A stretch of 47,980 bases of DNA, from assembly GCA_046047575.1 (NCBI GenBank), contig JBJOHR010000094.1, positions 1 to 47,980 on the forward strand. Direction: 5' to 3'. This document shows, piece by piece, positions 46,416-47,980 of the stretch (within the stretch, counting starts at the first letter, position 1; the number at the start of each line of letters is the position of its first letter). This DNA comes from Bacteroidota bacterium (GTDB taxonomy: Bacteria > Bacteroidota > Bacteroidia > UBA10329). The notes under the pieces were generated by a model. It saw nothing but the letters and a program-made list of their open reading frames with translations. It ran no database searches and was not told the origin of the DNA. The position numbers and the translations under genes were made by a program.

Positions 46416-47980
46416 ACACCAGTGCTTTCAATGCCTGATTGATATTCTTCACGTTTTCAAACCTCAGAGTTAGCTTATCGTTCTTCTGCCTCATTACGGC
46501 TTTCTGAGGATTGTTCTTAATAAAATTGAGAACCAGCGAGAATTCATTTCCCTGATAGTATTCGCTTTCGGGGTCAGATACGAAGTAACCTACCAAGGTG
46601 TGGTGCTTGATAACCAATTTTTCAAAGCCAATGGCCTTGGCCACCCATCGTAAACGGATGGTTTCCAACAGTTCTTTTCCCTGGTCTGGAACCGGTCCAA
46701 AACGGTCGACCAGCCGATTCTCAAATGCATCAAGGTCTGCTGCTGTTTCCAAGTTATCCAACTCTCTGTAGAGCGCCAGTCGTTCGGCAATGGTGTTCAC
46801 GTAAGTATCCGGCAACAGTATTTCCAGATCGGTGTCTATTTGGCAATCTTGCACAAAATCGCGTTTCGGCTCATCAGCAAACAGCTCCTTGAATTCGGTC
46901 TGCTTCAATTCCTGAACCGCTTCGTCCAGAATCTTGTGGTACATCTCAATACCTATGTCGCTGATAAAGCCGCTCTGCTCCGCTCCCAACAGGTTTCCGG
47001 CCCCACGAATGTCCAGATCGCGCATGGCTATGTTGAATCCGCTTCCAAGATCGGAGAACTCTTCAATTGCCTTTAGCCTTTTACGTGATTCTGGGGTAAG
47101 CATGGTAACGGGAGGCGCCAACAGGTAGCAGAATGCCTTCTTGTTGGAACGCCCTACGCGGCCTCGCATCTGGTGCAGATCGCTCAGTCCGAAATGGTTG
47201 GCGTTGTTGATGATGATGGTATTGGCATTGGAAATATCCAAACCGCTTTCGATAATGGTTGTGGCCACCAACACGTCATATTCGCCTTCAATAAAGCGCA
47301 TCATGGTGTCTTCCAACTTGGCCGGCTCCATTTGTCCATGACCAATGCATACCCGAACATCTGGGCACAACCGGCCTATCATTCCTGCCACTTCCTTAAT
47401 GTTCTCTACGCGGTTATTCACGAAGAAAACCTGTCCACCGCGACCCACTTCGTACATCACCGCATCGCGTATCAGTTCTTCATTGAAGGTGTGTAATTCG
47501 GTGATCACAGGATAGCGATTGGGAGGTGGTGTGTTGATGACCGAAAGGTCTCTTGCCCCCATCAATGAGAACTGTAGTGTTCTTGGAATCGGAGTTGCAG
47601 TGAGTGTGAGCGTATCTACGTTCACCTTCATTTTTTTCAGCTTGTCCTTAACCGCCACACCGAATTTCTGCTCCTCATCAATGATCAGCAGACCAAGGTC
47701 TTTGAACTTCACATCTTTCCCCACTATGCGGTGGGTACCGATCAGGATATCGGTTTCGCCATCGGCCACCCGTTTCAGGGTTTCGGTCTGTTGTTTGGCT
47801 GTTTTGAAGCGATTGATGTAATCGACTTTGCACGGAAACTCTTTCAGCCTTGATCTGAAAGTCCGTGCATGTTGCAGCGCAAGGATAGTGGTGGGCACCA
47901 GAACCGCCACCTGTTTTCCATCGCATACAGCTTTGAAAGCTGCACGTATTGCTACCTCGGTCTTCCCGAAACCAACATCA
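46354..47980 (-). CDS. mfd: Transcription-repair coupling factor, C-terminal part (N-terminus beyond the window)
   Basis: DVGFGKTEVA at the window edge, VLVPTTILA, IIDEEQKFG, LTATPIPRTL, TTIIESGLDI, QMRGRVGRS, RDLDIRGAGNLLG and TRCF domain (RL.LYREL...DRFG). Confidence 0.97.
   Translation of the reverse strand, partial: DVGFGKTEVAIRAAFKAVCDGKQVAVLVPTTILALQHARTFRSRLKEFPCKVDYINRFKTAKQQTETLKRVADGETDILIGTHRIVGKDVKFKDLGLLIIDEEQKFGVAVKDKLKKMKVNVDTLTLTATPIPRTLQFSLMGARDLSVINTPPPNRYPVITELHTFNEELIRDAVMYEVGRGGQVFFVNNRVENIKEVAGMIGRLCPDVRVCIGHGQMEPAKLEDTMMRFIEGEYDVLVATTIIESGLDISNANTIIINNANHFGLSDLHQMRGRVGRSNKKAFCYLLAPPVTMLTPESRKRLKAIEEFSDLGSGFNIAMRDLDIRGAGNLLGAEQSGFISDIGIEMYHKILDEAVQELKQTEFKELFADEPKRDFVQDCQIDTDLEILLPDTYVNTIAERLALYRELDNLETAADLDAFENRLVDRFGPVPDQGKELLETIRLRWVAKAIGFEKLVIKHHTLVGYFVSDPESEYYQGNEFSLVLNFIKNNPQKAVMRQKNDKLTLRFENVKNINQALKALVSIAPDLVQRFLHVPAQATAE

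Noticed and set aside
1-47980. CRISPR array, rRNA, IS elements, selenocysteine or frameshift recoding
   Set aside because: No regularly spaced repeats, rRNA-like stretches or transposase ORFs were seen. All recognised genes are full-length single ORFs apart from the two cut by the window edges.

Overview
This is a 48 kb chromosomal window from a Bacteroidota bacterium, probably Flavobacteriales-like, judged from its T9SS and gliding genes, TAnnTTTG-type -7 promoters and lack of Shine-Dalgarno motifs. Most of it is core genome. From left to right: cdd (partial), ispF, porV and porU, then a divergent porP-like gene, gldJ and murF. Next come acyl-CoA dehydrogenase, anmK, a Glu/Leu/Phe/Val dehydrogenase, nhaD, exbB-exbD-tonB-folC and tRNA-Val(TAC). 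The right half holds a SAM methyltransferase, an ABC ATPase, pduO, DUF2795, a dipeptide epimerase, secA, a DinB-family gene, ppiD, purH-mreBCD-mrdA-rodA, an ABC permease, a second methyltransferase, a haloalkane dehalogenase and mfd (partial). Two accessory units stand out. (1) An orphan M.Sau3AI-like m5C DNA methyltransferase sits between nhaD and exbB. It is preceded by a REP-like hairpin element, and its apparently leaderless promoter carries two GATC sites in an inverted repeat overlapping the -33 box, which suggests methylation autoregulation. (2) An envelope-targeted sulfur module lies next to tRNA-Val: a Tat-exported Mo sulfite dehydrogenase, a membrane-anchored monoheme cytochrome c, a lipoprotein rhodanese, a membrane protein and a di-iron desaturase/hydroxylase. 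Two of its promoters share a Crp/Fnr-like palindrome at identical 21-nt spacing from the -7 box. No CRISPR array, rRNA, integrase or transposase was seen. All family assignments come from recognised motifs; no database searches were run.
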